Source of the DNA: Ascoidea asiatica JCM 7603
Taxonomy: Eukaryota; Fungi; Ascomycota
Length of the DNA stretch: 64,000 nucleotides
Direction of reading: 5' to 3'
Assembly (NCBI GenBank): GCA_001600695.1
Contig: BCKQ01000007.1
Coordinates: 316,713-380,712, forward strand
The position numbers and the translations under genes are program-made. This document shows, piece by piece, positions 1-12,608 of the stretch; positions within the stretch are counted from its first letter, which is position 1; every line of letters begins with the position of its first letter. The notes below the pieces were generated by a model. That model saw only the letters and a program-made list of their open reading frames with translations. It was not told where the DNA came from and made no database searches.

Positions 1-3000
1 CCATTTTTTAATGATATTACAATAAATTGAAAATTTGGTCCAGCATTTTTACTTATATAATTTGCAATTTTTGAAACATTTGCATTATCTAATGCTGCAT
101 CAACTTCATCTAAAACAAAAAATGGTGATGGTTGAAAAGAATGAATTGCAAATAATAATGCTAATGCTGCAATGGTTTTTTCTCCTCCTGATAATAATTC
201 CATATCTCTAAATCTTTTCATTGGTGGCATTGCATGATATTTAATACCATAATTATATGGTTCATATTCATCTTCTAATGTTAAATAAGCTGATCCACCT
301 GATGGTGAAGCTTTTGATTTTGTTAAATCTTTATATATTGAATCAATTTTTGATGATATATGATTAAATGCTTTTAAAAATAATTCAATTCTTTTATCTT
401 TAATATCATTAAATTCTTTTGCAATTGAATTTTCTGTTTGTCTAGTTTGTTGATGTTCTTTTTCTACATTTTTTAATCTTTTTTCAACTTCTTCTAATCT
501 AGCTATAGCTTTTGTATTTGGTGAAAGATTTTCTAATTCTTCATTAATTTCAGAAATATTATCATTAAATCTATTTTCAATATTAGGATCTGTATTATCT
601 TTTAAATTTTCATCTAAATCTGTATAATCAACTTTAATTGATTCTGAAATTTGAATTATATCAGGAACTTCTTCATTTTCATCTTCTTCATCTTCTTCTC
701 CAATTGGTAAAGAATCTAAAGAACCTTCAAGTAAATCAATTTCAATATTTTCTATTTTACATGATTTTAATATATTTATACGATTTATTACTTCTTTTTC
801 AATATCTTCTTCAATATTAAAACATTTTCTTTTTAATGATTCATATTTTTCTCGTAATTCTATTGCATTCTCTTCAGTTGTTTTTGAAACAAGTAATTTA
901 CTTTGTAATTCTTTTTCTAAAGAAGCTAAATCAGATGATAAAACTTCAATTTCAGATTCTAATAAATCAATTTCTTCTTCTATCTCTTCTTTTTCTTTTT
1001 CTAATTCTTCTAAATTTTTATCATATTCTTCTTTAGATTTTTTAACTTTTTCTATACGTTGATTTGTTTCTTCTAATCTTTCATTTTCAAAATTTAATTT
1101 ATTTTCTATAGTTGTAATTTGTTTTGTTATTTTTGCTTTTTCTAAAGCTCTATTTCTAATTAAAGCACCATGAGTCTTTTCATATTCATCAATACCTTCT
1201 TTTAAATTATATTTTATACAAAATGATGAATAAATTTCTTCTTGAAGTTTAGAAATTTTACTTATTTGATCTTTAATTTTTAAATTTATTGATTCTAATT
1301 GATTTTTTTTAATATCATCAATTTTTTTAATAATTTTTTCTGAAAGAATATCATTTGATTGATATTTAAGTTGCATTTCACAATCATTTATATTTCTTTT
1401 AATTTCAGAAATTGAAGTTCTTTGAAGTGGAATTGTATTTTCTAAATCAACTATATCATCTAATAATTTTTTTTCTGTTAAATCATTTGGTTTTTTATTA
1501 TTTAAAGAATTTAATTGATTTATAAGATTATCTTTTTTATAAATTAATTCATTAAATTCTTGTTTATCCCATCTTTGTTTTTTTTTATCATTACCAGATG
1601 TACCACCAGTCATTAAACCAGATTTATGAATTATTGAACCATCAATAGTTACAACTTTTGTAGAAATATTTTTTTCCCAACGTACAATTTTTGCAATTTC
1701 CATATTATCACAAACTATTGAATCATTACAAGAATATTGAATTGCTCTTTCTAAAATTGGATCAAATTCTAAAATATCTATTATAGGTTTTGCATTTGGA
1801 TGAATATGACGAAAATTTTGATTTGGAGGTTTTGATTCAATAAAATCTAAAGGTATAAAAGAAGCAACACCAGCTCTTTGTTCTTTAAGATAAGAAATAC
1901 ATTGAGTTGCAATTGATAAAGTATCAACAATAATTGAATCAAAATTTTTACCAAGAGCTGTAGAAACTGCAATTTCATATTTTTTTTGTCTTGGTTTACA
2001 TAAATCTGAAATTAAACCTCTTACACCAGGAAATAATCTTTTTAAATTTGAAATATTTTCTCTTAATTTTCTTTCTCTATTTGATTCTCTTTGATTTGAA
2101 TTTAAAATATCTAATTTTATTAAAATATCTTTTAATTTTGAATTAATTTCAAATTCTTTTGAAATATATAATTCTTTTTCATTTCTAAATGATTCAAGTT
2201 TTAATTTTTTTTCATTTAAATTTTTTTTTATTAATGAAAATTGAATATTTAAATCAGATAATGAATTAATAAAATTAAATTTATTTAAATTTAATGAATT
2301 TATTCTAATTTCTATAATTTCTTTTTGTTTTAATAAATTATCTAATTGATTTTGTAAATTATTTTTTTCAATTAATAATTGTGATAAATTTTCTTCAAAA
2401 TCAGCACCTGAATTTAATAAAAATTTTGATCTTAATATTTCATAATCTTTTTGACCTTGAATTGATAAATTTGAAGAAATTTGAAATTTATTAATATTTT
2501 CAATAAAATTTTTTTTAAAAATATTTTTAATTAAATTTAATTGATTTTTTAATAAAATTATTGAATTATTTTGAAAATTTAAATCATTATTTAAATCTCT
2601 AATTCTATTATTAAATTGAATTAATTTAATTTTTATTAAATTAATTTTTGCAAAAATTGGTAATAAATTATTTTTTTTAAAATTTAAATTATTTTTTTTT
2701 AAAATTATTTTTCTTTTAAATTTTTCAATATTTAAATTATCTTTTTTAAATTGTAAATTTAAAATATTTAAAGTTGAATCTTCTTTAAATAAATTTAATT
2801 TTAAATTATTTAAAAAAATTTTTTTATTATTTAAATTTAAATATAAATTTTTTTTATTAAATTCAGAAATATTTAATTTCCATAAATTAAATTGTTTTAT
2901 TAAATTTTTTTTTAAAAATAATTTATTTTTAAAATTTTTAAATTCTAATTTTTGTTCTTTATATTGTTTTAATTCTTTTAATAAAATTTTTTTTAATTCA

Positions 3001-3851
3001 AAAAATGAATTTGTTTTATCATGAGCTAAATCTTGATTTTTTTTTAAATTATTATAAATAAATTTAAAATTTATTGAACCTGAAATATTTTCAATTAAAT
3101 TTGATAAATCATTTGAAGATTGAGAAGCAATTTTTTCAATATCACCTTGAAATACTAAAAAATTTCTTGCTTTTAATAAAATATTTTGAGATTTTAAAAA
3201 TTTAGAATATTGTAAAAAATTTACAAAATTATTATTAATTTTATAAATTGAATTACCTTTTAAAGATATTGATCTTTTTAAATTATAAATTAAATTATCA
3301 TCATTTTGATAAATTGCCATAACATAAGCTTTTGTTGGATCTTTTGAATCTTTGTTTGGATCATTTGAATGTTTTTTTGATTTCTTTGATTTCTTTGATT
3401 TCTTTGAAGTCTTTGAAGTCTTTTGAGATTTTAATTTTCTTTTTCTCTGAGTTGGATTAAAAGTTTGAGAATCAGATTCAGATTCAGAATCAGATTCAGA
3501 ATCAGATTCAGATTCAGATTGTGATTGTGATTGTGATTCAACTTCTATTTCAGAATCTGAATTTAAATTTGAATTTGAATTTGAATTTGAATTTGAATTT
3601 GAATCTGAATTTAAATCATTTGTAATTGAGAGATCTAAGATTCTACCTCTATAAATTAAATCTTTTAAATGATTTGATCTTAAATGATTTGAACGTACAC
3701 CTAATACAAAAGAAATTGCATCCATCATATTTGATTTTCCAGAACCATTTGGACCAATAATACTTGTAAAAAAAGAATTACCAAATTTTATATTTGTTTT
3801 ACCTTTATAAGATTTAAAATTATATAATTCTAAACCAATTAATCTACCCAT
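1..3851 (-). CDS. SMC1: Cohesin ATPase subunit Smc1 (3' end lies outside the window)
   Basis: ATG at 3851 reads MGRLIGLELYNFKSYKG, then Walker A IIGPNGSGKSNMMDAISFVLG. Hinge region reads FPGVRGLISDLCKP. Signature LSGGEK, Walker B PFFVLDEVDAALDNANV and QFIVISLKN lie near position 1 in the same frame. Missing from the ORF track because there is no stop inside the window. Confidence 0.97.
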   Translation of the reverse strand, partial: MGRLIGLELYNFKSYKGKTNIKFGNSFFTSIIGPNGSGKSNMMDAISFVLGVRSNHLRSNHLKDLIYRGRILDLSITNDLNSDSNSNSNSNSNSNLNSDSEIEVESQSQSQSESESDSESDSESESDSQTFNPTQRKRKLKSQKTSKTSKKSKKSKKSKKHSNDPNKDSKDPTKAYVMAIYQNDDNLIYNLKRSISLKGNSIYKINNNFVNFLQYSKFLKSQNILLKARNFLVFQGDIEKIASQSSNDLSNLIENISGSINFKFIYNNLKKNQDLAHDKTNSFFELKKILLKELKQYKEQKLEFKNFKNKLFLKKNLIKQFNLWKLNISEFNKKNLYLNLNNKKIFLNNLKLNLFKEDSTLNILNLQFKKDNLNIEKFKRKIILKKNNLNFKKNNLLPIFAKINLIKIKLIQFNNRIRDLNNDLNFQNNSIILLKNQLNLIKNIFKKNFIENINKFQISSNLSIQGQKDYEILRSKFLLNSGADFEENLSQLLIEKNNLQNQLDNLLKQKEIIEIRINSLNLNKFNFINSLSDLNIQFSLIKKNLNEKKLKLESFRNEKELYISKEFEINSKLKDILIKLDILNSNQRESNRERKLRENISNLKRLFPGVRGLISDLCKPRQKKYEIAVSTALGKNFDSIIVDTLSIATQCISYLKEQRAGVASFIPLDFIESKPPNQNFRHIHPNAKPIIDILEFDPILERAIQYSCNDSIVCDNMEIAKIVRWEKNISTKVVTIDGSIIHKSGLMTGGTSGNDKKKQRWDKQEFNELIYKKDNLINQLNSLNNKKPNDLTEKKLLDDIVDLENTIPLQRTSISEIKRNINDCEMQLKYQSNDILSEKIIKKIDDIKKNQLESINLKIKDQISKISKLQEEIYSSFCIKYNLKEGIDEYEKTHGALIRNRALEKAKITKQITTIENKLNFENERLEETNQRIEKVKKSKEEYDKNLEELEKEKEEIEEEIDLLESEIEVLSSDLASLEKELQSKLLVSKTTEENAIELREKYESLKRKCFNIEEDIEKEVINRINILKSCKIENIEIDLLEGSLDSLPIGEEDEEDENEEVPDIIQISESIKVDYTDLDENLKDNTDPNIENRFNDNISEINEELENLSPNTKAIARLEEVEKRLKNVEKEHQQTRQTENSIAKEFNDIKDKRIELFLKAFNHISSKIDSIYKDLTKSKASPSGGSAYLTLEDEYEPYNYGIKYHAMPPMKRFRDMELLSGGEKTIAALALLFAIHSFQPSPFFVLDEVDAALDNANVSKIANYISKNAGPNFQFIVISLKN
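3464..3612 (-). repeat. Hexamer microsatellites (GATTCA/GAATCA)n and (TTTGAA)n encoding an SE/NS-rich insertion in the Smc1 head
   Basis: Tandem hexamers seen directly, in frame within SMC1. Confidence 0.85.
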
Positions 3852-4194
3852 TTTTAACGGTAAGTATATAAGTAATTAAGTAAGTAAGTAATGAATGAAT
3901 TGAGAATAATGAATGTTTTATGTTATTGGTATTGGAATAGGAATAGGAAGTATTAAATCTTTTTAGATTCTTTCATTATTTTATTATTAGTTTTGTATTC
4001 AATTGATTAATATAATATAATGTAATATTAATACTAAAGCAGTAATTTAGATATTTATTATGAGTTTTATTCATAATTTATCAAATTACGTGTTTTATTA
4101 TTGTAAAATTGTGGTTTGTTGTTGTTGTTATTGTTGTTGTTATTGTTGTTGTTTTAAGGGTAAGCGATTACGTAATAAAAATGAAAATGAAATA

Positions 4195-4203
4195 TTTTCG
4201 CGT
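4195..4203 (-). promoter_or_regulatory. MCB/SCB-type G1/S element (ACGCGAAAA) upstream of SMC1
   Basis: TTTTCGCGT on the plus strand, ~350 bp upstream of the SMC1 ATG. Cohesin genes are typically G1/S (MBF) regulated in yeasts. Confidence 0.5.
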
Positions 4204-5121
4204 GTTGAGATCCATCACTATGGTCTCAATTTGAACAGAACGAAGAAAGAAGAAAGAAGAAAGAAGAAAGAAGCAGACTCAGACTCAGACTCAGATTGTA
4301 TTACTGCTGCTGTATTACTGCTGCTGTATTATTACTGTATTAGTAGTAGGGTACTGTATTAGTAGTAGTAGTAGTATAACTCGATTGTTGACTGAGAGAG
4401 AGAAGAGTGAAGAAAGAGAGAAGAGCACAGGTGTGTAGTGCAAAGTCACATGACTGGCACTGACTAGTACTGATATATATATTACATTGGGAATGGGAAA
4501 GTAAATGGAAACAATTCTCATATACTCTATTAAAATACTAATTCAATTCATTTCATTTCAATTCAATCTAAGTCAAGTCAATTCAATTCAATTTTGATTA
4601 TTAATGAATATGAAAAGTATTAGTAAAAGAAATAACATCATTAATAATTATAATAATAACATTAAAAGAAATTGAAATAAAGGGCTTTAAATACTTTAAA
4701 TACTAGAAATACTAGAAATACTAGAAATACTATAGAGACTATAGAGACTATAGAGACTTGAAAGACACCATATTCATTATATTTATACTAATTATCTTAA
4801 TCTTCTCATATTATACATATTATATACATATTATATACATATTATATACATATTGTATACATATTATATATAAGACAGTATATTATATTATATATTATAT
4901 ATTATCTCATTACTATTAGAAGTGTAAGTGTAAGTGTCTATCAAGTTTATAAATACTTCTTTTATTACATTATTAAGTAACAATAATATATACAATTATA
5001 TCCATAATCTTCATCACTTACATAATATCATTCAATCAATCACTTAATCACTTAATCACTCAATCACTCAATCAATTACTTATATTCAGTCTTTCTTTTA
5101 ATCAAATAATCAAATAAAAAT

Positions 5122-5127
5122 ATGATA

Positions 5128-5158
<31 letters not shown>

Positions 5159-7443
5159 GTCAATTAACTACATTACAAAAAGCTCATATAAATAATAATA
5201 ATAATAATACTGAAATGTTAGCAAATGGTAATACTTATATCTCAAAACAAAAACAAAAATGGACTGATTTAATACCTCCAATGCCTGTAGCTCAAGATAC
5301 AACTTATAATAGATCTTCAATTCATCCAGAAACTACAAATAACTTATCAAATACTTTAACTTCTAACTCTTCAAATAACAACAACAATAATAATACCGCC
5401 AATAACAATAACTTAACAACTGTTCAAACAATTCCGGCAAAAAGAAAAAATAATAAAATTTGTGCAAGTTGTGGAGAAATTATTAATGATAAATTTGTTA
5501 GAGCTTTAGGTAAAGTTTATCATATTCAATGTTTTATTTGTAATGATTGTAATAAACCATGTTCTGAAAGATTTTTTCCATTAGATATAATTAATGAAAA
5601 AACTGGAATAATAATTCAAATTCCATTATGTGAATATCATTATTTTAAAAGATTAGATTTAATTTGTTTTAATTGTAATAATTCTTTAAAAGCTTCTTAT
5701 ATTTCTGCTTTAAATCATAAATATCATTTAAATCATTTTACTTGTGAAATTTGTAATAAAATTTTTGAAACAAATGAATCTTTTTATGAATATAATAATA
5801 AAATTTTTTGTCATTATCATTATTCAATAAATTTTGCTTCTCATTGTGAAGGTTGTAATTCTTCAATTTTAAAACAATTTATTGCAGTTTTAAGAGGTGG
5901 TAAAAATCAAAAATGGCATCCAGAATGTTATATGATTAATAAATTTTGGAATGTTTCAATTTTATCAAATTCAATTTCTATTCATAATATTAAAATTAAA
6001 AATAAATTAATTTTAAAAAATTTTAATTTATTTAATACTTATAATGATTTATTACCTGAAGAATTATTTGATATTGAAAATATAATGGAATTAACTGTAA
6101 CTAGAATTTGGCAAATTTTATCTTCTTTTGAAGAATCAACTGCTTCTTCAATCTCAAATATGTTACAATATGCTTCAAATGGTAATAAATTATTTGGTTT
6201 AAATTCTGCTGCAATTTTTGTATTAAAAATTGAAAAATTATTTAAAGCTATAGATTCTGTAAATAATTTAAAAGATAAATATAAAATTTTAAATCCAGAT
6301 AAAGATATTGATGAAGAAATTTATAATATTAATAATTTACAATTAAATTTATCTCCAAAAACTCCAAAACGTTCTCATTCAAAAGCAAATACTTTAAATT
6401 TTGATATTACCAATAATAATATTAATAATAATAATAATATTAATAATAATAATAATAATAATAACTTAAGTCCAAATTCAATTCAAGTTTCAAATAACAA
6501 CAACAATAATAATAATATAACTCATCAACAACAAAATTCAATACAAACTTCTATACAATCTCAACTTCAATTACAAAATGTTAAAAAAAAACAAAAAAAA
6601 TTATGTTTAAAAAAAGAACCAAGAAATTTAACTGCAAAATTAATGTCATATTTAGGTTTATTAACAAAAAAATCAAAAGATGTTGGTTCAAAAGAATTTT
6701 CAAAAAATTTATTATCTTTAGTAACTGGTTTAGCTCATTATTTAAAATTAATTTTAAGATATGGTATACAATCCGCAATTGAATATAATAAATTAGTTAA
6801 TTCAAATGATGGTACTGATAAATTCTTAAGAGAAGTTGCTGCTCATGATGATATTCAAACTGATGATCCATATTCTCATTTAAATATTTCAGTAAAATCA
6901 ACTGATTTATGTTCTTTTTGTAATAAAAGTATTGAAGATTCTTGTATACAATTTAAACCATTAAATTTAAGATGGCATTTTCATTGTTTTCATTGTTATA
7001 ATTGTCAAAATTCATTTATTGAAAAACATGAAATCTCTCAAAAATTTTTATTTAATAAATCTGATAATTCAATATTATGTGATGAATGTGGTTGTAATTT
7101 TCCAGAAGCTGTACCTGGTTTTACAATTATTTCTAATTTATTACAATTAATTTTTATATTATCAATTGCTTTAGTACGTTCAAAGGCTTTTATAAAAGGT
7201 AGAATGAGTAGATCTTCACAAAATAATAAAAATATAAATAATATTAATGAAAATTTAAATCAAGAAGATCCTATATTTAATAAAACAATTGCTGATATTA
7301 AAAGATTAAATTCAAAAAGACAAAATAATAGATTATCAACTTCTGCTACTGGTAGTATTAGAAAATCTCATATTGTTGATTTACCACATCCAAGTAAAGC
7401 AGGTCTTGGTAATTCAAATGAAATTAATTCTCCTAAATTAAAT

Positions 7444-7479
<36 letters not shown>

Positions 7480-8940
7480 TTAGCAAGATCTACAACTCTA
7501 AAAATTGAAGAAGATCCTTCAAATGGTCCTCCAAATATTGGTGATAGTAATTTAGATAAAACTTATGATCTTTTGAAAAATGAAAAATCCTTAAGATTAG
7601 ATGATATTCCAAGAATTGTTGCTGCAGAACAAACAAGAGAACAAAGACCAAATGCATTTAGACATCATAAAACAACAGGTTCTAATTTACCACAACCTAA
7701 AAATATTATGCAAGTTGGTAGAAAACCAGTAACAGGTAATGATTATCAAAAAGATATAACTTTAATGGAAAAAGGTAAATATTATTCTGAATTAACAGAT
7801 GAAGAACATTTTATTTTAAGACATATAGCAGTTTGTGTTTTATATGATTCTCTTACAAAATATAATAATAATCATGATAAAATAACAAAAGAACAAATTT
7901 TAGAAAAAATACCTCAGAGGAAGCAACAATCATTCTGGGGAAAATTAATTGGTGGAAATAATAAAAAAAATAAAATCTCAAAAGTTTTTGGAGAATTACT
8001 TGAAGATTTAACTGATAAATATGGAATTGAATCAACTCAAGGTGTTGGACCTGAAAAATTACGTATACCAGTTTTTATAGATGATTGTGTTATTGCTTTA
8101 CATCAAATGGATATGTCAATTGAAGGTATTTTTAGAAAAAATGGTAATATAAAAAGATTAAGAGAATTAACAGAAATGGTTGATAAAGATCCAGAAAAAA
8201 TGCCAGATTTTATGAATGAAAATCCTGTTCAATTAGCTGCATTAATGAAAAAATTCTTACGTGAAATGCCGGATCCTTTATTAACATTTCAATTATATGA
8301 TGTTTGGATTTTATCACAAAGATTTGAAAGTCAAGTTTTAAAGAAAAAAATTTTAAAAATTGTTTATTGTTTATTACCAAAATGTAATAGAGATGTTGTT
8401 GAAGTTCTTTTCTTTTTCTGGAGTTGGGTTGCATCATTTGCTCATATAGATGAAGAAACAGGATCTAAAATGGATGCACATAATTTATCAACAGTTTTAG
8501 CACCAAATATTTTGTATGATAAACCATCAACAGTTCCTAAACAAAGTTCAGGAAATGCATTAGCAGATAATGCCGAAGCTGGTGATGCATATTTTCTTGC
8601 AATTGAAGTTGTTAATGTACTAATTGAATCTCAAGATGAATTTTGTACAGTTCCACCATATATTTGGGCAATTTATAAAAAATGTGGATTTGATAATCCA
8701 AATAAAAAATATTCTGAAGCTTATTCAAAAGAAATTGTTAATATCATTGATAGATTTATAAAAGATTCACCAAGTATATTGCATTCTACATTATATGATG
8801 ATAATAATGATGATGATTATGTTATAGACGCTTCAGATGTTTTAGATAATAGAGGACTTAGTCATTCAGCAACAATAGTTAAAAAAGTTGAAGTACAACA
8901 AAACTCTCCCGGTGTTCGTGGAGATATAGACATGGAATGA
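5122..8940 (+). CDS. LRG1: LIM-domain Rho GTPase-activating protein
   Basis: Tandem N-terminal LIM zinc fingers (CASC..H..C..C), a further central LIM, and a C-terminal RhoGAP with arginine finger EGIFRKNGN, NPVQLAALMKKFLREMPDPL and DEETGSKMDAHNL. Confidence 0.93.
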
Positions 8941-10018
8941 AGTTTTATTTTTAATCACTTTTTTTCTCTTTTTTTTTTATAATTATAATCTTTTTTTTTT
9001 CTCATTTACAATTTTGACATTTTAATTTTCAATTTTCAATTTTTTTCAGCTTTTTTTCAATTTTTAACTTCTAATCTTCAGTTTTTCAATTTTCAATTTT
9101 CAGTTTTCAGTTTTCAGTTTCAGTTTTTTGATTTTCAATTTTCAGTTTTTAATTTTTTAGTTTTTAATTTCTAGTTCTAGTTTCAAAGTTACTTTCAATT
9201 TTGAATTGAGTTTTATTTTCTTAAATTATTTTTTTCATTCTCTGGTTAATTCTTTTATTTATTCTATTATTGAGTTAAGTTTGATTCTTATTTTTTATTA
9301 AAACTTTTATTTTGCTTATTATTTTATTTTAAGGGGATGCATTTGAGTTTAGAATCATTACTTCTCAAAAATATATCGGATGCTTTTTTTATTATTTTCA
9401 TTGCTTCCTGCGTGTGAAAGAAAATAAGTTATAAAGGACAGTTGGATTTAATATATTTTATTTATTTGTGTATGTATTGTATAGTTTTAGTTTTTTCAAT
9501 CTTTTTTAATTTTTGTTCTTATTGAAATATTATAATTGAAAACTTTTTGGTTAATAAAAAGGTATGATATTTGTAAATAAATCCAAATAACATTTAATCA
9601 ATATTCTAATTTTCTATTTCTTTAGGCTTTGAACCTAAAATTAAAGAACCGAACAAGGTTTAGGTTTGAATCCGTATTCTAAAAATAGGTCAGCATCGGA
9701 ATAGGATTCGGAAACCTAAATAATCCGTACAAACACATCCTTAAACTTCCGGGCCCATTTCATTGGCCTTTTTCTGGATTTTTATTTCAAATTGTCCTTA
9801 GGCATTTGATTTAAAAAGAAACAAGAAGAAGAATAAGAAAGAGAAGAATAAGAATAACAAGCAAAAAAACAGGATATACTAGTGGCAGAGAATTACAGTT
9901 TACTCAAACGCAAGAGTTATGTGGATTCTAAAAACACTGATTATAAATTATTTTAAAGGAAAACTATCAAGAACTAAAGTACTGTAGTGATTTCATTTAT
10001 CTGTTACTACTATTGTAT

Positions 10019-12028
10019 ATGGGTTCTGTAAGAAAAAGGACAAGAAGCAGGACAATTACTCCAAAACTCACAAATGGTGGAAATGAAAATTCTAACTTAT
10101 TGATTAACTCGTATATAAGAAAACCTGAAAATGATGTTCCAATTTATCGATACAATGAATTTCAATTTGAAAAATTTCGTGATACTCAAAAATTCAATTC
10201 AAATAAATCATCATCTTTGGATATAGAGATGATTTCCATTGATTCTCATTCGGAATCTGAATCTGGATCAGATCCGAGAAAAGCTCAATTAATAGAAGAA
10301 TTGGATGATGAGATAATTATTCAAAAAGTTGTAAATATTTCAAACGATAATCTTGAAATTTTTAATAAAACTCCAGAGAGTAAAATTTCAATTAAAAGAG
10401 GTTCCTTTACTTCTGAAATCACTAATGAATTCAAATTCGAATCCGTGCTTCCTTTTTCCTCAAATAATGACATTGATGACTTGGATTTCAAAGAATCAAA
10501 AGAAATGAAAACTTCCCAAGATTTTTCTTTACATGAAACATTTGATGATTCCAAGATTATCAATGAAATTCTTCAAAATGATTTAGTAGAAAATAATAAA
10601 CTTGAAGTTGTTGAAAATGAAAAATCAATTTCAAATTCTAAGAAAGTGAGGATAAAAAGAAAAATATCAAAAAAGACCTCCAGTGTTAAAAAATTTAGAA
10701 AAAATCCAATTCCATGGTTTAAAATATTAGAATTTGATAAAATTAAAATTGCAGTTGATGCATTTTGTTTTTGTGAAAATAAATCAATAAATAAATATTT
10801 TTTAAGTCATTTTCATGCAGATCATTATATGGGATTAACAAAAGATTTAGATAATTGTGTTTTTGAAAATGGTTTAATTTACTGTACACAAATTACAAAA
10901 AATTTAATAGAATTAAAGTATAATATAATTCAAGAAGAAAGAATAATTGTTTTAAATTTCAATGAAAAAGTTGAAATTGAAAAAAATTTATTTGTTACAA
11001 CCTTATCTGCAAATCATTGTCCTGGTTCTTCAATATTTCTATTTGAATATTATTTCAATGATAATTATAATGACGATAAGTGTTATAGAGTCTTACATAC
11101 TGGAGATTTTAGAGTTAATAAAAAAATGATTGAATATTTTTTAAATAACAAAATTAAGTTGAATAAAGTTTATTTAGATACAACTTATTTAAATCCATTA
11201 TATTCATTTCCAAAACAAGAAAAAGTAATTGAAACTACTGGAATTTTTATAAATCAATTAAATAATCAGGAAATATTCAAAAATTTTTTAAAACAAAAAA
11301 AGATTATTGATTTTTTTCCAAATTTATTAAATAAAAAAGGAAGTAATATCAAGAAAAAGTATTTAATAGTTATTGGAACTTATACTTTAGGTAAAGAAAG
11401 ATTAGCTATTGAAATTTGTAAAAAATTAAAAAGTAAATTATATTCACCAAATTATAAAATTAAAATTTTAAATCAATTTATTAATGAAATTGATATTGAA
11501 ATAAGTAATGATCCAAATCTTTGTCAAGTTCATTTAATTCCATTAAGACAATTGAAAATTGAAAATTTATATGAATATTCAAAAAAATTTGAAAATTATT
11601 TTGATAAAACTATTGCAATTATTCCAACAGGTTGGACATTTGATAATAGATTTAAGAAATTATCAATCCCAGAAGATTCAAATGGGTTACAAGATTATTT
11701 AATTAGTAAATTAAGTGAAAATAAAAATATAATAAAAAATGAAGATGAAAGTAAGGAACAAATTATCTCAAATGATAATGAAAATACTAATATTTTTTCA
11801 ATTGAAAATCTAAAAAAACAATTCAATCCTAATAAGCCAGTTAATATTTATAAAGTTCCATATTCTGAACATTCTTCTTTCAGAGAGTTAGCATTTTTTA
11901 TTATGTTATTAGATATTGACGAAGTAATACCAACTGTTAATATGCATAAAATGGATGAAATGAATAAATGGATAGAACAATGGAAAATCTTAGGAAACAA
12001 GAATATCTTTTCTCTTGACGATTTCTGA
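10019..12028 (+). CDS. PSO2: DNA cross-link repair nuclease Pso2/Snm1 (metallo-beta-lactamase/beta-CASP)
   Basis: FLSHFHADHYMGL, ANHCPGS, LHTGDFR, VYLDTTY, GTYTLGKE, PTGW and VPYSEHSSF motifs. First ATG is at 10019; the track start at 10013 is TTG. Confidence 0.93.
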   Translation: MGSVRKRTRSRTITPKLTNGGNENSNLLINSYIRKPENDVPIYRYNEFQFEKFRDTQKFNSNKSSSLDIEMISIDSHSESESGSDPRKAQLIEELDDEIIIQKVVNISNDNLEIFNKTPESKISIKRGSFTSEITNEFKFESVLPFSSNNDIDDLDFKESKEMKTSQDFSLHETFDDSKIINEILQNDLVENNKLEVVENEKSISNSKKVRIKRKISKKTSSVKKFRKNPIPWFKILEFDKIKIAVDAFCFCENKSINKYFLSHFHADHYMGLTKDLDNCVFENGLIYCTQITKNLIELKYNIIQEERIIVLNFNEKVEIEKNLFVTTLSANHCPGSSIFLFEYYFNDNYNDDKCYRVLHTGDFRVNKKMIEYFLNNKIKLNKVYLDTTYLNPLYSFPKQEKVIETTGIFINQLNNQEIFKNFLKQKKIIDFFPNLLNKKGSNIKKKYLIVIGTYTLGKERLAIEICKKLKSKLYSPNYKIKILNQFINEIDIEISNDPNLCQVHLIPLRQLKIENLYEYSKKFENYFDKTIAIIPTGWTFDNRFKKLSIPEDSNGLQDYLISKLSENKNIIKNEDESKEQIISNDNENTNIFSIENLKKQFNPNKPVNIYKVPYSEHSSFRELAFFIMLLDIDEVIPTVNMHKMDEMNKWIEQWKILGNKNIFSLDDF

Positions 12029-12608
12029 GTATCGAATATTATTTAATTTTTATTATCAATAAGTCAGTCAATCAATCTCTTTCAACCCATAATCATTCAA
12101 AGGTTTATATTCTATTATAATGAAATATTTCAATATATATTCAAATATCAAAGTGGTATAACCTCAAGATAAAAATAGAAGAATTCACGTCCTGAATATT
12201 GGCATGTAATGTCCAATTTGTTGTCCCCGTCCTATTCTTCGATTAGCCACATTTTAGCTGTTTTCAGTGGCGTTCTTGTCCCGTGACTGTTTTGATTGGT
12301 AATCAGCCATTTTTCAATTTCTATTTCTATTTTTTTTTTAAAAGAAGGTCAACCGCTGACAATGCCAAAGCAAACCAAATTGGGATATTTTTAATATTGT
12401 CAATTAAATATCAACTAATTATCGAATAGTGATTATATTTTAAAATTGTTTATGTTAATATTTGGTATTAAGTATTCATTTACTCAAGTTCCTAGTCATA
12501 TAAGTATAGATATTATTATTCATCATTGTTCATTTCAATTTATGAAAAGTTTTAACTTAAATTGAACTAGATAAAAAGTTCATCACTATTTAAAAAAAAA
12601 CATCGAAA

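Noticed and set aside
638-1036. Short plus-strand ORFs at 638-820 and 836-1036
   Set aside because: Antisense to SMC1. The same applies to the other short opposite-strand ORFs inside LRG1, PSO2, RQC2, CDC4, BRL1, CAK1, HST2, MSH4 and the Listerin genes.
4060-4521. Cys-rich 100-aa ORF and an overlapping 68-aa ORF
   Set aside because: The Cys and Leu runs come from (TGT)n and (TAG/CTG)n microsatellites in the divergent SMC1-LRG1 promoter.
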